Made by a program: the position numbers and the translations under genes. The notes under the pieces were generated by a model. It worked only from the letters and a program-made list of their open reading frames with translations. It ran no database searches and was not told the origin of the DNA. Positions 1 through 9,678 of a stretch of DNA of 64,000 nt are shown in pieces (position 1 is the first letter of the stretch; each line of letters opens with the position of its first letter). The stretch is from an uncultured Bacteroidota bacterium (lineage in GTDB: Bacteria; Bacteroidota; Bacteroidia; Chitinophagales; Chitinophagaceae): NCBI GenBank assembly GCA_903924075.1, contig CAIYAG010000045.1, positions 3,804 through 67,803 on the forward strand, in the 5' to 3' direction.

Positions 1-389
1 TGATGCGCTTTAATTGCTACTGAAATTATAACCGCTACATAAGCCAGAACAGGAAGATACACTTCAAAATGAACAAAGCTCATCCAGGCCCATACCTGTT
101 TTTTGGGTAGCCTGTTTAAACAGGTTAGAAAGCTCAAACCCGGTTCCATCATGCGTTTGGTGATATAATTAATACACTTGATGGTATATAATCCCCAAAT
201 ACAAATGATGATCAATAAAAATAGTGGGCCACTTAAAATGGCTTGTATCAAACCTAAATGAAACTCAATCAATTGCCCACCCCTTACTACACCAAACAAT
301 GCAAAGAATAAAAAAATGAAAAATCCTGCATTCAGTTTATAGAAATGGTTTACCAAAACCGACTGCAATATTTTAGCTATGATCTTCAT
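1..389 (-). CDS. Integral membrane protein, probable ABC permease partner; partial, runs off the window start
   Basis: Translated by hand (not in the track): ATG at 389 overlaps the ABC ATPase stop (ATGA). MKIIAKILQSVLVNHFYKLNAGFFIFLFFALFG... stays open to position 1 and is hydrophobic. Confidence 0.75.
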   Translation of the reverse strand, partial: MKIIAKILQSVLVNHFYKLNAGFFIFLFFALFGVVRGGQLIEFHLGLIQAILSGPLFLLIIICIWGLYTIKCINYITKRMMEPGLSFLTCLNRLPKKQVWAWMSFVHFEVYLPVLAYVAVIISVAIKAH

Positions 390-1018
390 AGGCTTTGTAT
401 GCTTGCGGTTTGATTCTGAACTTCAATGATCGAAGAAAAAGGTAGGCTTTCCTGAAAAGATTGATGTGATGAAATGATAAAGGAGATTCCCTTTTCTGTT
501 CGCATTTTATTGATCCACTCACATACCAATACAACCGCAGCTACATCAATCGTGATCAACGGTTCGTCTAACAAGATCCATTTAGGGTCTCCAATAAATG
601 CCAATACAATACTTAACTTTTTCAGCATCCCGCTTGAATAAGAACCGATCGCGTAATTATAGGCATCATAAATATGCAAATCCTTCAAGCGCTGAATACT
701 ATCTGCTATCGCTGCGTTTTTTGTGGTACAATACAATTCAACCAGGTCTTTTGCTGTGAGAAAAGAAGGATAGACCGGTTCTGCTTCTCCATAATTCACA
801 TAAAGGAGAAAATCATTGCGCTCTTTTTTAATCGAGCGCCCATCTAACAAAATATCTCCTTTAAATGGATGCAAACCTGCAACCATTTTCATCATCGTGG
901 TCTTGCCTGAACCATTTTCGCCTTTTAACCAATAAAGTCCATCACTGAGCTTCATTGTTGAGATCCGCAATGCCAGGTGGTTGCCATAATATTTTTCTGT
1001 TTGCTCAAATTGAAGCAT
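386..1018 (-). CDS. ABC transporter ATP-binding protein
   Basis: Walker A GENGSGKT, signature YSSGM, Walker B ILLDEP. Confidence 0.9.
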   Translation of the reverse strand: MLQFEQTEKYYGNHLALRISTMKLSDGLYWLKGENGSGKTTMMKMVAGLHPFKGDILLDGRSIKKERNDFLLYVNYGEAEPVYPSFLTAKDLVELYCTTKNAAIADSIQRLKDLHIYDAYNYAIGSYSSGMLKKLSIVLAFIGDPKWILLDEPLITIDVAAVVLVCEWINKMRTEKGISFIISSHQSFQESLPFSSIIEVQNQTASIQSL

Positions 1019-1036
1019 CTGCTAAGTAAGCTTAAA

Positions 1037-1044
1037 TATCTTTG
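1037..1044 (+). promoter_or_regulatory. Bacteroidota sigma-A -7 box (TATCTTTG) upstream of the 1149 gene
   Basis: Exact TAnnTTTG match in intergenic DNA. Confidence 0.5.
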
Positions 1045-1148
1045 CATCAAGCTAAATAGGTTTTTTTTATAATTTTATTAACCGCGAATAAAGTTGCAGT
1101 TGAAAAATTAAAGCAGCCTTTCTCTTTTAATTAGATATTTTAGACAAG

Positions 1149-2408
1149 ATGAATAGCATCCTGACCCGGAGAAAAATATTACTGTACGCCTTTCTGGTTG
1201 AAACCATTTGTGTTACCTATGCACTTAAACTTAAATTTCTTACGGGGGTTACCAGTGTGGTATTTACCCTTTCGGGGCTTTTTATTTGCTGGTTCGTATT
1301 GGTTTTGCCTTACCCAGAGCCCAAACCCAACCATCCGCTAGACCTTTCCAAAACTGTTAATAAATATCGCTGGTGGATCCTGGCGATGACACTGATCTGC
1401 ATCATGGGTTCTGCATTGCATTGGATGGAAGACGCTCCTTTAGATTATCATGATGCCGACATGTTACCCATTATCAAGATCATGAGCCAGCGTTTTATTC
1501 ATGGCGCTTGGAGTCATGTATACGATGTGATCCCAGAAATCTGGGGAGGCATGCACCCCATCTACCTTCCTGCCATGTGGTTACCATTTAGTATTCCCGT
1601 TTTTTTTGACGCTGACCCTAGATGGACCACCGTTGTGGCACTCATTATTCTCGCTGCTTTATTTATCTGGCGCATTCAACCCTTACACAGAAAATCTGGG
1701 CCGATCTTTTTTGCTGCCTTTTTATTGATCTGGTGGCTTTTAAATGCACACAATTCCGGTTTGCTGATTTATACAGAAGAAGGAGTGGTGATCTTATTTT
1801 ATAGTTTTCTGGCACTGGCATTGATGGGTAATAATGGATGGCTGATTGGAATGGCTACATCGCTTTGCGTACTTAGTAGGTATTCATTAGTAGGATGGAT
1901 CCCCGCGATGTTGATTTTTTATGTGTATACGAAAGATTTTAAAAATCTGTATCGTATCGCCATCATGGGAATCGTTTTTTTCTTAGCGCTTGTACTCATC
2001 CCATTTGGTTGGAGTACTTTTTTAACCCTCACTGCAATTCCTTCTGAATATATTAGTTTTAGCGAAAGGGTTTGGAGAGATGCGCCTGTGGTTTTTCGTG
2101 AAAGCTTAGGCTTTGCAAAATTCTTCGGACCAAAAAACATTGCCTTACAACACCACTTGCTCATTTATGCAGCGCTAATTTTACCCTCAGCATTTATGGT
2201 GATCTGTTTGGCATTGGTAAAAAAATGGCATATTCAAAAAGACCATCTTCCCATTGCTACCCTTAAGTTTACTTTGGTGATCTTTTATACCTTGGTAGAC
2301 GTGCCCTACCTATACCTTTTTTACACAGGATCTTTTTTGAGTTTGTTTTTAGTAACACATATTCTAGTAGCGGAGAAACCAATCTGGACGATCAAAAAAA
2401 CTAATTAG
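1149..2408 (+). CDS. Polytopic membrane protein, probable GT-C-fold glycosyltransferase (GT87/DUF2029-like)
   Basis: About 10 hydrophobic segments; acidic motif DADMLP in the first large loop, then YLPAMWLPF and a later EEG motif. Confidence 0.5.
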   Translation: MNSILTRRKILLYAFLVETICVTYALKLKFLTGVTSVVFTLSGLFICWFVLVLPYPEPKPNHPLDLSKTVNKYRWWILAMTLICIMGSALHWMEDAPLDYHDADMLPIIKIMSQRFIHGAWSHVYDVIPEIWGGMHPIYLPAMWLPFSIPVFFDADPRWTTVVALIILAALFIWRIQPLHRKSGPIFFAAFLLIWWLLNAHNSGLLIYTEEGVVILFYSFLALALMGNNGWLIGMATSLCVLSRYSLVGWIPAMLIFYVYTKDFKNLYRIAIMGIVFFLALVLIPFGWSTFLTLTAIPSEYISFSERVWRDAPVVFRESLGFAKFFGPKNIALQHHLLIYAALILPSAFMVICLALVKKWHIQKDHLPIATLKFTLVIFYTLVDVPYLYLFYTGSFLSLFLVTHILVAEKPIWTIKKTN

Positions 2409-3927
2409 TCTTTTTTAATTGGTTGATAATTTGAAGGATCTCTTCTACATATACCCGATCATTGCTCAACCTTGGCACTTTGTGTTGCCCACCCAGCTTG
2501 CCTTTGCTGCGGAGCCATTCATGAAATACATGCTTATCTAACGAATGTACCAGGGGCATTACTAGTGCAATGTCTTTATATCGTTTTGCTTCGTAATCGC
2601 TATTCAACGATTTAAGCGCGCAATCTAATTCGTAAGTAAATGCTTCAATATTTTCAGGTCCTTTTTCAAACTCGATCAACCATTCATGTGCACCCTTGGT
2701 ATCATCACCAAAATAAACTGGAGCAGCAGTATAGTCGTTCACCACCAAGCCCGTTTTTTCACAAGCAATCGCAATTGCTTTATCGGCATTGTCTGCAATC
2801 ACTTCCTCTCCAAATGCATTGATGTATTGTTTTAATCTACCACTTACTTTTATTTTAAATGGAAATAGAGAAACAAACTGAACCGTGTCGCCAACCAAAT
2901 AACGCCACAAACCACCATTGGTACTGATCACCAACGCATAGTTTTTCCCAATTTCTACTTCGTTCAATCCGATCGTTTTTGGATTTTCTTTTCCATATTC
3001 TTCCACAGGCATGAACTCATAGAAAATTCCATGATTCAAAAACAAGATCATGCCTTCTTCATCCGGATCATTCTGTGCTGCAAAAAATCCTTCGCTTGCA
3101 TTATAAATATCTAAGTAGGTAACGCCTGGTCCGATCAGTTTTTTAAATTGCTCGCGATAAGGCGTAAACGAAACACCACCGTGCCCATATAATTCCAGGT
3201 TGGGCCATACTTCTTTCAAGGTTGACTTACCAGTGATCTCTAAAATTCTTTTGATTAATACCATGGTCCAGGTAGGAACCCCAGCAATAGAAGTCACATT
3301 CTCTTCAATGGTAGACAAAGCCAACTGCTCGATTTTGCCTTCCCATTCGTCCATCAGTGCAATAGACAATTCCGGAGTGCGAATCCACTGGCCCCAGAAT
3401 GGTGTATTCTGTAATAATACGGCACTGAGATCGCCATATTGAATTTCATCATTGACTTTGCTGATCTGGTGACTTCCTCCAATTACCAAACTCTTTCCAA
3501 TAAGTAAATCACTATCGTTATTGATATTATAGTAAAGGGTTAGTACATCTTTAGCAGCTTGAAAATGGCAATCGTCTAAGCTCTCTTGTGTTATTGGAAT
3601 GAACTTACTTTTATCACTGGTTGTGCCGCTACTTTTTGCAAACCAGGTTACAGGTGTATTCCAAAGTAACTGATCTTCCCCATCCATCAGTCGATTGATA
3701 TAGGGTTTGAGGTCATCATATTCGTGAATAGGAACAGCTTGTTTAAAATTTCGGATGGTGAAAATTTCTTTGAGTCCGTATTTTCTACCAAATTCTGTGT
3801 ATTGTCCGTGTGTAATTAAATCTTGTAGCACTTCCCGCTGTACAGCAATGGGCTCGTTCATCCATTCCTCTATTCGGCCATGACGCATGCGTGCCAGTCT
3901 TGATATTGCGGGACTAAGAATTTTCAT
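2401..3927 (-). CDS. GH3 (auxin-responsive promoter family) acyl-acid amido synthetase-like protein, copy 1
   Basis: GH3 motifs KSSGTT, YNASEG, YLVGD and C-terminal GQHKVPR. Confidence 0.9.
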   Translation of the reverse strand: MKILSPAISRLARMRHGRIEEWMNEPIAVQREVLQDLITHGQYTEFGRKYGLKEIFTIRNFKQAVPIHEYDDLKPYINRLMDGEDQLLWNTPVTWFAKSSGTTSDKSKFIPITQESLDDCHFQAAKDVLTLYYNINNDSDLLIGKSLVIGGSHQISKVNDEIQYGDLSAVLLQNTPFWGQWIRTPELSIALMDEWEGKIEQLALSTIEENVTSIAGVPTWTMVLIKRILEITGKSTLKEVWPNLELYGHGGVSFTPYREQFKKLIGPGVTYLDIYNASEGFFAAQNDPDEEGMILFLNHGIFYEFMPVEEYGKENPKTIGLNEVEIGKNYALVISTNGGLWRYLVGDTVQFVSLFPFKIKVSGRLKQYINAFGEEVIADNADKAIAIACEKTGLVVNDYTAAPVYFGDDTKGAHEWLIEFEKGPENIEAFTYELDCALKSLNSDYEAKRYKDIALVMPLVHSLDKHVFHEWLRSKGKLGGQHKVPRLSNDRVYVEEILQIINQLKKTN

Positions 3928-3975
3928 ACAGTTAGTTCCTGAAAAATAAGCAATGGAATTGAAATAACCTGACTA

Positions 3976-4800
3976 TTATTCATCTGACTGTACACCGTTA
4001 TCGGTTTCAAGTGCCGCATCGGGGATATTTGCACCGTTGTCTTTACCCATATCAATGATCCAATCTTTTCTTTTCAGTTCGAAATTAGTTCCTAGATATA
4101 GTCGCCTTACTTTTTCATCATCCGCCAATTCTTCTGCAGTTCCATGTCGGAAGATCTTGCCCTCGATCAATAAATAGGCACGATCACAGATCGATAAGGT
4201 TTCGTTTACATTGTGATCTGTAATGAGGATCCCGATATTCTTATATTTTAATCTTGCTACCACACTTTGAATATCTTCCACAGCGATCGGATCCACACCA
4301 GCAAAGGGTTCGTCTAATAAAATAAATTTCGGATCAACCGCCAAAGCTCTTGCGATCTCTGTTCTTCTGCGCTCACCGCCACTCAAACTATCACCATTAT
4401 TATCTCGCACATGGTGCAAATGAAACTCATCTAAAAGCGATTCTAATTTGTACTGACGTTCTTGTTTACTCAGCTTCGTCATTTCCAAAACCGCCATTAT
4501 ATTATCCGCTACCGTAAGCTTTCTAAATACGGATGCTTCCTGAGGCAGGTAACCAATTCCCATCTGCGCGCGTTTGTACATGGGCAGTTTGGTAATATTC
4601 AAATCGTTCAAATAAACATCTCCTTCATCTGGTTTGATAAGTCCTACCACCATGTAGAAAGTAGTGGTTTTGCCGGCACCATTTGGCCCTAGTAAGCCCA
4701 CGATCTCACCCTGCTCTACATTCACACTCACGTGATTCACAACGGTTCTACCCTTGTAACTCTTGATCAGATCCTTGGTATGGATGGTTAAATTCGTCAT
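3976..4800 (-). CDS. lptB: LPS export ABC ATPase LptB
   Basis: [56 protein letters not shown]. Confidence 0.95.
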   Translation of the reverse strand: MTNLTIHTKDLIKSYKGRTVVNHVSVNVEQGEIVGLLGPNGAGKTTTFYMVVGLIKPDEGDVYLNDLNITKLPMYKRAQMGIGYLPQEASVFRKLTVADNIMAVLEMTKLSKQERQYKLESLLDEFHLHHVRDNNGDSLSGGERRRTEIARALAVDPKFILLDEPFAGVDPIAVEDIQSVVARLKYKNIGILITDHNVNETLSICDRAYLLIEGKIFRHGTAEELADDEKVRRLYLGTNFELKRKDWIIDMGKDNGANIPDAALETDNGVQSDE

Positions 4801-4896
4801 TGTACTTGTAAAAATAAGATAGTTGAAACGAAGATTAAACCTCAGCAGCTTTATATTTTGTTATTTTTGATTGTATGTTTGTAACCATTTATACGT

Positions 4897-5850
4897 ATGA
4901 AAGTAATTGACCATATCTCTAAAGCTACTGACACCTTACTGTCTTATGAAGTATTACCACCCTTAAAAGGTAAGACTATCGTAACATTATATGATCATTT
5001 GGATCCGTTGATGGAGTTTAAACCTTCATGGATCAATGTTACTTATCACCGCAGTGAAACCATGTTTAAGAAAAAGGTTGACGGAACTTTCGAAAAAGTG
5101 GAAGTTCGTAAACGTCCGGGCACCGTTGGGATCTGTGCGGCCATTATGAACCATTATAAAATTGATGCGGTTCCACATATTATCTGTGGCGGTTTTACCA
5201 AAAGAGAAACCGAAGATGCACTGATCGATCTTGACTTTTTAGGAATTGATAATGTATTAGTATTAAGAGGTGATGCTGCAAAGAACGAAGCTTCTTTTGA
5301 ATCAGAACCAGGCGGAAATAATTTTGCGATCGACTTGCTCAAACAGGTAAGCAGTATGAATAACGGTGTCTATATTGATGAAGACATCAAGAGCGGCGGA
5401 AAAACAAATTTCTGCATGGGTGTTGCTGGATATCCAGAAAAACATTTCGAAGCACCGAACTTAGAAATTGATCTGTTGAAGTTGAAAGAAAAAGTGGATG
5501 CCGGTGCTGATTATATTATGACACAAATGTTTTTCGACAATCAAAAATTTTTTGAATTCGTAAATGCTTGCAAAGCAATCGGCATCAATGTACCGATCAT
5601 ACCTGGATTGAAACCGATCACTAATAAAAAACAATTATCGGTCCTTCCGAGAATTTTTCACGTAGACATTCCTACCGATTTGTCGAACGCCATTAACAAA
5701 TGCAAGACCGACGCAGAATGCGAACAAGTTGGTGCAGAATGGTTGGTTCAACAAAGTAAAGAACTGAAACAATTTGGCGTTCCGGTATTACATTACTATA
5801 CCCTTGGAAAACCAAAAGTGATCAGAAGCGTTGTAGAAAAATTATTCTAA
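4897..5850 (+). CDS. metF: 5,10-methylenetetrahydrofolate reductase
   Basis: SYEVLPP, VPHIICGG, LVLRGD, VAGYPEKH, TQMFFDN, HYYTL. Confidence 0.95.
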   Translation: MKVIDHISKATDTLLSYEVLPPLKGKTIVTLYDHLDPLMEFKPSWINVTYHRSETMFKKKVDGTFEKVEVRKRPGTVGICAAIMNHYKIDAVPHIICGGFTKRETEDALIDLDFLGIDNVLVLRGDAAKNEASFESEPGGNNFAIDLLKQVSSMNNGVYIDEDIKSGGKTNFCMGVAGYPEKHFEAPNLEIDLLKLKEKVDAGADYIMTQMFFDNQKFFEFVNACKAIGINVPIIPGLKPITNKKQLSVLPRIFHVDIPTDLSNAINKCKTDAECEQVGAEWLVQQSKELKQFGVPVLHYYTLGKPKVIRSVVEKLF

Positions 5851-7310
5851 GATTTAGGCTTCAATTTTGTAGCAATCAGATCATCAAACTGCTGTATACT
5901 CAGTTGTTTGGCAATGATACGTTTGTCTTTATCTAATAAGTAAAGAGTAGGTGTTTTAAAAACATCGTACAACTGCTTATAACTAGGCTGCCCGGCTTTT
6001 TCCTCTGCGGCTCTTGCTGCCTTGGTTTGATAGACATGGTACCAGTTCTGCAGATTTTTTTCTGAGATAAATTTCTTCCAAGCAACCAATTCGTTTTCAT
6101 AAATATTCACAGCATAAACCGCAACACCCAGGGCTTTCCATTTTGCTCGATACATTGAATCTAAACGAGGAATTTCTTCTTTGCAATGCCCGCAATTCGG
6201 ATCCCAAAAAGCAACAACTGTAAAAGGTGCTTTGATGCCGTACAAGGAAATGTTTTTTCCTAATGTATCAGTAAGATCTAATGGTGCAGAAGGTAGGCCA
6301 AGTTGATTCGCCATCAAACTATATGCCCTTTCAGTAATTGTTTTTTTTGATGCTGCATTCAATAAAACGGTATCTCCTTTTGCATAAAAATTTTCGAAGA
6401 GATAGAGAAATACTTTGTCTTGTCCCATGAACTCTGGACTAATATATTTATTGGTAAACTTCGTGAGTAAATAAGGAAAGATTTCTTTTCCTGTTCTGGC
6501 AGACAATAAAATATATTTCACTTCATCAATCAAAGAATCTGGTTCGGGCGACACATAATATTTAAAATAATCATCGAGCTTGGCTTCAAAAAATGGGGTG
6601 CGCAATAAACGATCATCATTGAATACCACGTCATCCCAGAAATGATCTTTTACAAATCGATAGGGATATAAAGAATCTGGTTTCCCTTTTACAATTAGCA
6701 CTGCAGGAGCAGTTGGTCTTTTCATGGTATTGAACAACATCGCCAACAAAGAGTTCGGATGTTTTTTAACAAGGTCTTCCCGATAAGCTTGTAAATCTTT
6801 ATCCCCCTGCATAATCAGGTTCTTGTATTTTGTACTATCAGCATTGGTCTTTGATTGATGATAGGCAGCTTCTTGTTCCTGCATCACCTTGCCTCGCTCA
6901 GAAGAAAAAATCAAGTAGTTTTTAAATAAGTCATTGTCTTGCGAGCCCGTGATCAATACTTTTTCTTTTTGCAAAGTATCTCCCACAATGCTAAACTGTT
7001 GCTTGCTATCGATCAAAAACTCAAACTGGATGGTCATTTTAGGAGATACTATAAAGTATACACCACCTACCAGTTTATTGCCTTTGAATAGGCCTGTACT
7101 TTTATCATTCAAATAGGCAGAATCTACCAAGGCCTTTCCTTTTCCGTAATAACTACCGATATATACCCAACAGTTTTTGAGCGGTGTAAGTGTAATGGCA
7201 ATCTGCTTTCCAGAAACAGTTACAGACTTGCTGTTTGCACCAGATTTGCTTTGCGCCCTTGCGTTTTGGATCAATAGGATAAATACAAATAATGTGATGA
7301 TGCGCTTCAT
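5847..7310 (-). CDS. Exported redoxin/TlpA-like protein with N-terminal helical (DUF5106-like) region
   Basis: Signal peptide; C-terminal thioredoxin fold FWDPNCGHC and PTLYLLDK. Confidence 0.75.
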   Translation of the reverse strand: MKRIITLFVFILLIQNARAQSKSGANSKSVTVSGKQIAITLTPLKNCWVYIGSYYGKGKALVDSAYLNDKSTGLFKGNKLVGGVYFIVSPKMTIQFEFLIDSKQQFSIVGDTLQKEKVLITGSQDNDLFKNYLIFSSERGKVMQEQEAAYHQSKTNADSTKYKNLIMQGDKDLQAYREDLVKKHPNSLLAMLFNTMKRPTAPAVLIVKGKPDSLYPYRFVKDHFWDDVVFNDDRLLRTPFFEAKLDDYFKYYVSPEPDSLIDEVKYILLSARTGKEIFPYLLTKFTNKYISPEFMGQDKVFLYLFENFYAKGDTVLLNAASKKTITERAYSLMANQLGLPSAPLDLTDTLGKNISLYGIKAPFTVVAFWDPNCGHCKEEIPRLDSMYRAKWKALGVAVYAVNIYENELVAWKKFISEKNLQNWYHVYQTKAARAAEEKAGQPSYKQLYDVFKTPTLYLLDKDKRIIAKQLSIQQFDDLIATKLKPKS

Positions 7311-7377
7311 ACGATCTTGAATTGGCTATAAAAATAGGAAAATTGACCACAGTATAGGCATATACCGAACTGTAGTT

Positions 7378-7385
7378 TACATTTG
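7378..7385 (+). promoter_or_regulatory. -7 box TACATTTG, 5 nt before the rlmD GTG
   Basis: Exact TAnnTTTG match. Confidence 0.55.
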
Positions 7386-7390
7386 CACCC

Positions 7391-8818
7391 GTGAGAAAGC
7401 AAAAGCAACGCATCGTTTTAGAACAATTATTGGTGGAAGATTATGCCGCCGAAGGAAAATCGCTTGCCCGCATTGATGGGAAAGTGGTTTTTATTGAAGG
7501 CGCAGTACCCGGCGACGTGGTTGACGTGCAATTATCAAAAAGTAAAAAAGACTGGGCCGAGGGTCATGTGGTAAAGATCCATACCTATTCAGAGAAAAGG
7601 GTCACTCCCTTTTGCAGTCATTTCGGTGTTTGCGGTGGTTGCCAGTGGCAAATGCTTCCTTACGAGCATCAGCTGTTTTACAAACAAAAACAGGTTACCG
7701 ATAACCTAACTAGAATCGGCAAAGTGACGCTTCCCCCGATTCAAACCATTATCGGAGCCGATCAGACCGAAGGCTATCGTAATAAAATTGAATACACTTT
7801 TGGATCTAAAATATTTATCCCCTCCAACGTTTTTAGAAAAATGAAGGAAGAGGGAGTATCGATGGACGATGTACCTGGTGGAGCCGGTTTTCATGTGCGC
7901 GGATTCTTTGATAAAGTGGTTGAGATCGATACTTGCTACCTGCAAGAAGAACCCACCAACCTAATCAGAAAAGCAGTGGCTGCTTATGCACTGGAACGTA
8001 ATCTGCCTTTTTATGATGTACGCAAACACCAGGGTTGGTTGCGCAATATGTTCATTCGTAACAGTACTATCGGTGAACTGATGGTCAATGTGGTTTTTGG
8101 ATACGAAGACGAAAACAACCGCAAAGCCTTGTTAAATCAGCTCTTGCAGCAGTTCCCACAGATCACTACTTTATTATATACCATCAATACCAAGCACAAC
8201 GATAGTTTATACGATTTGTTCCCGCAAGTATATAGTGGTAATGGTTATATCATTGAAAAATTAGAGGATTTCTCTTTCAAGATCAGTCCGAAGTCTTTCT
8301 TCCAAACCAATACCCGTCAGGCCGAAAAATTGTATCAGGTAACGCGCAACTTTGCAGAACTAAATGGCTCCCAAGTTGTTTATGACTTGTATTGCGGAAC
8401 CGGAAGCATTGGAATTTTTGTGAGTAAGCTGGCAAAAAAACTGATCGGAGTGGAAGTAGTAGCCGAAGCAATCGAAGACGCAAAAGAAAATGCAGCGTTA
8501 AATAATTTGAAACAGAGCCATTTTTTTGCTGGCGATGTAATAGATATATGCGATGATGCGTTCTTTGAAGAACATGGTAAACCCGACGTGATCATTACCG
8601 ATCCACCGAGGGCGGGGATGCACGAAAAACTGATCAATAAATTATTGGAGATCGCAGCACCTACCATAGTTTATGTAAGTTGTAATCCTGCAACACAAGC
8701 GAGAGACCTTGGACTGCTGGATGCCAAATACACCGTGGAGAAAATACAACCTGTTGATATGTTTCCACATACCTTACATATTGAGAATGTGGTTCAATTA
8801 AAACTTAGAAATGACTGA
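7391..8818 (+). CDS. rlmD: 23S rRNA (uracil-5)-methyltransferase with TRAM domain
   Basis: TRAM N-terminus, Fe-S motif CSHFGVCGGC, SFFQTN, DLYCGTG, DPPRAG, YVSCNP, VDMFPHT. Confidence 0.92.
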   Translation: MRKQKQRIVLEQLLVEDYAAEGKSLARIDGKVVFIEGAVPGDVVDVQLSKSKKDWAEGHVVKIHTYSEKRVTPFCSHFGVCGGCQWQMLPYEHQLFYKQKQVTDNLTRIGKVTLPPIQTIIGADQTEGYRNKIEYTFGSKIFIPSNVFRKMKEEGVSMDDVPGGAGFHVRGFFDKVVEIDTCYLQEEPTNLIRKAVAAYALERNLPFYDVRKHQGWLRNMFIRNSTIGELMVNVVFGYEDENNRKALLNQLLQQFPQITTLLYTINTKHNDSLYDLFPQVYSGNGYIIEKLEDFSFKISPKSFFQTNTRQAEKLYQVTRNFAELNGSQVVYDLYCGTGSIGIFVSKLAKKLIGVEVVAEAIEDAKENAALNNLKQSHFFAGDVIDICDDAFFEEHGKPDVIITDPPRAGMHEKLINKLLEIAAPTIVYVSCNPATQARDLGLLDAKYTVEKIQPVDMFPHTLHIENVVQLKLRND

Positions 8819-9650
8819 ATTTAGACCCAGTAGATTTGAAATTTTACCAACCGTTGTAAAAAATTTGTTGATCATCAACGGACTTTTTTTTCTTGCCCAG
8901 AATACCATCGGCGGACACGGTTCTGAATTTTCATTTGAAAATGTATTCGCCCTGCATGCATGGCAAAGTCCGTTGTTCAAACCATGGCAACTAATTACCC
9001 ATATGTTTTTGCATGGCGATTTCGGGCATATTTTCGGAAATATGTTGGCGCTGTATATGTTTGGAGCGGTACTTGAAAACTTATGGGGACCGAAACGCTT
9101 TCTTACTTTTTTCATCATTTGCGGATTGGGGGCTGCGCTTATGCACCTGCTTTTTTTAAGCTACGAATTGGTGCCGATGATGAAAGACTATTCGGCGATC
9201 TTGGTAGAGCGTTCTTCTAATAGCGGTCAAACCTCAGCCCTTTTTAATTTCGGCATGAAGCATCCCCATGCTTTTGAAGGAAATGCAGACTTAGTAAGCA
9301 TCGTAGCAAATAATCCAAACAATGTGGAAGCAACCAATGCTTTATACCAATATATCAGTAGTTACTATGAGGCTAATTTAAACACCGCTACTTTGGGAGC
9401 GAGTGGTGCCGTTTTTGGGATCCTTGCTGCATTTGTATACCTATTTCCAAATACCTATATCTATTTATATTTCTTGGTGCCGATCAAAGCCAAATGGTTA
9501 GGGATTGGCTATTTTACCTGGGAATTGTTTTTTGCGATCCGTAATTCTGCTGGCGACAATATTGCAAGATGGGCGCATGTGGGTGGTGCCATTGTTGGAT
9601 TACTGATCGTAATGACCTGGAACAAAAAGAACAAGACAAATTTTTATTAA
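8811..9650 (+). CDS. Rhomboid intramembrane serine protease (catalytic residues intact)
   Basis: HIFGNM, GASGAVFG (Ser), WAHVGG (His). Confidence 0.9.
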   Translation: MTEFRPSRFEILPTVVKNLLIINGLFFLAQNTIGGHGSEFSFENVFALHAWQSPLFKPWQLITHMFLHGDFGHIFGNMLALYMFGAVLENLWGPKRFLTFFIICGLGAALMHLLFLSYELVPMMKDYSAILVERSSNSGQTSALFNFGMKHPHAFEGNADLVSIVANNPNNVEATNALYQYISSYYEANLNTATLGASGAVFGILAAFVYLFPNTYIYLYFLVPIKAKWLGIGYFTWELFFAIRNSAGDNIARWAHVGGAIVGLLIVMTWNKKNKTNFY

Positions 9651-9678
9651 TAGCATCGATTTCTGATACATCAACACT

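Noticed and set aside
4801-4896. SAM riboswitch upstream of metF
   Set aside because: Only 96 nt, shared with the divergent lptB promoter; no SAM-I/II core seen.
4875-4910. Out-of-frame uORF MFVTIYTYESN* overlapping the metF start
   Set aside because: No Met or other pathway-related codon run and no flanking structure; expected by chance in AT-rich DNA.
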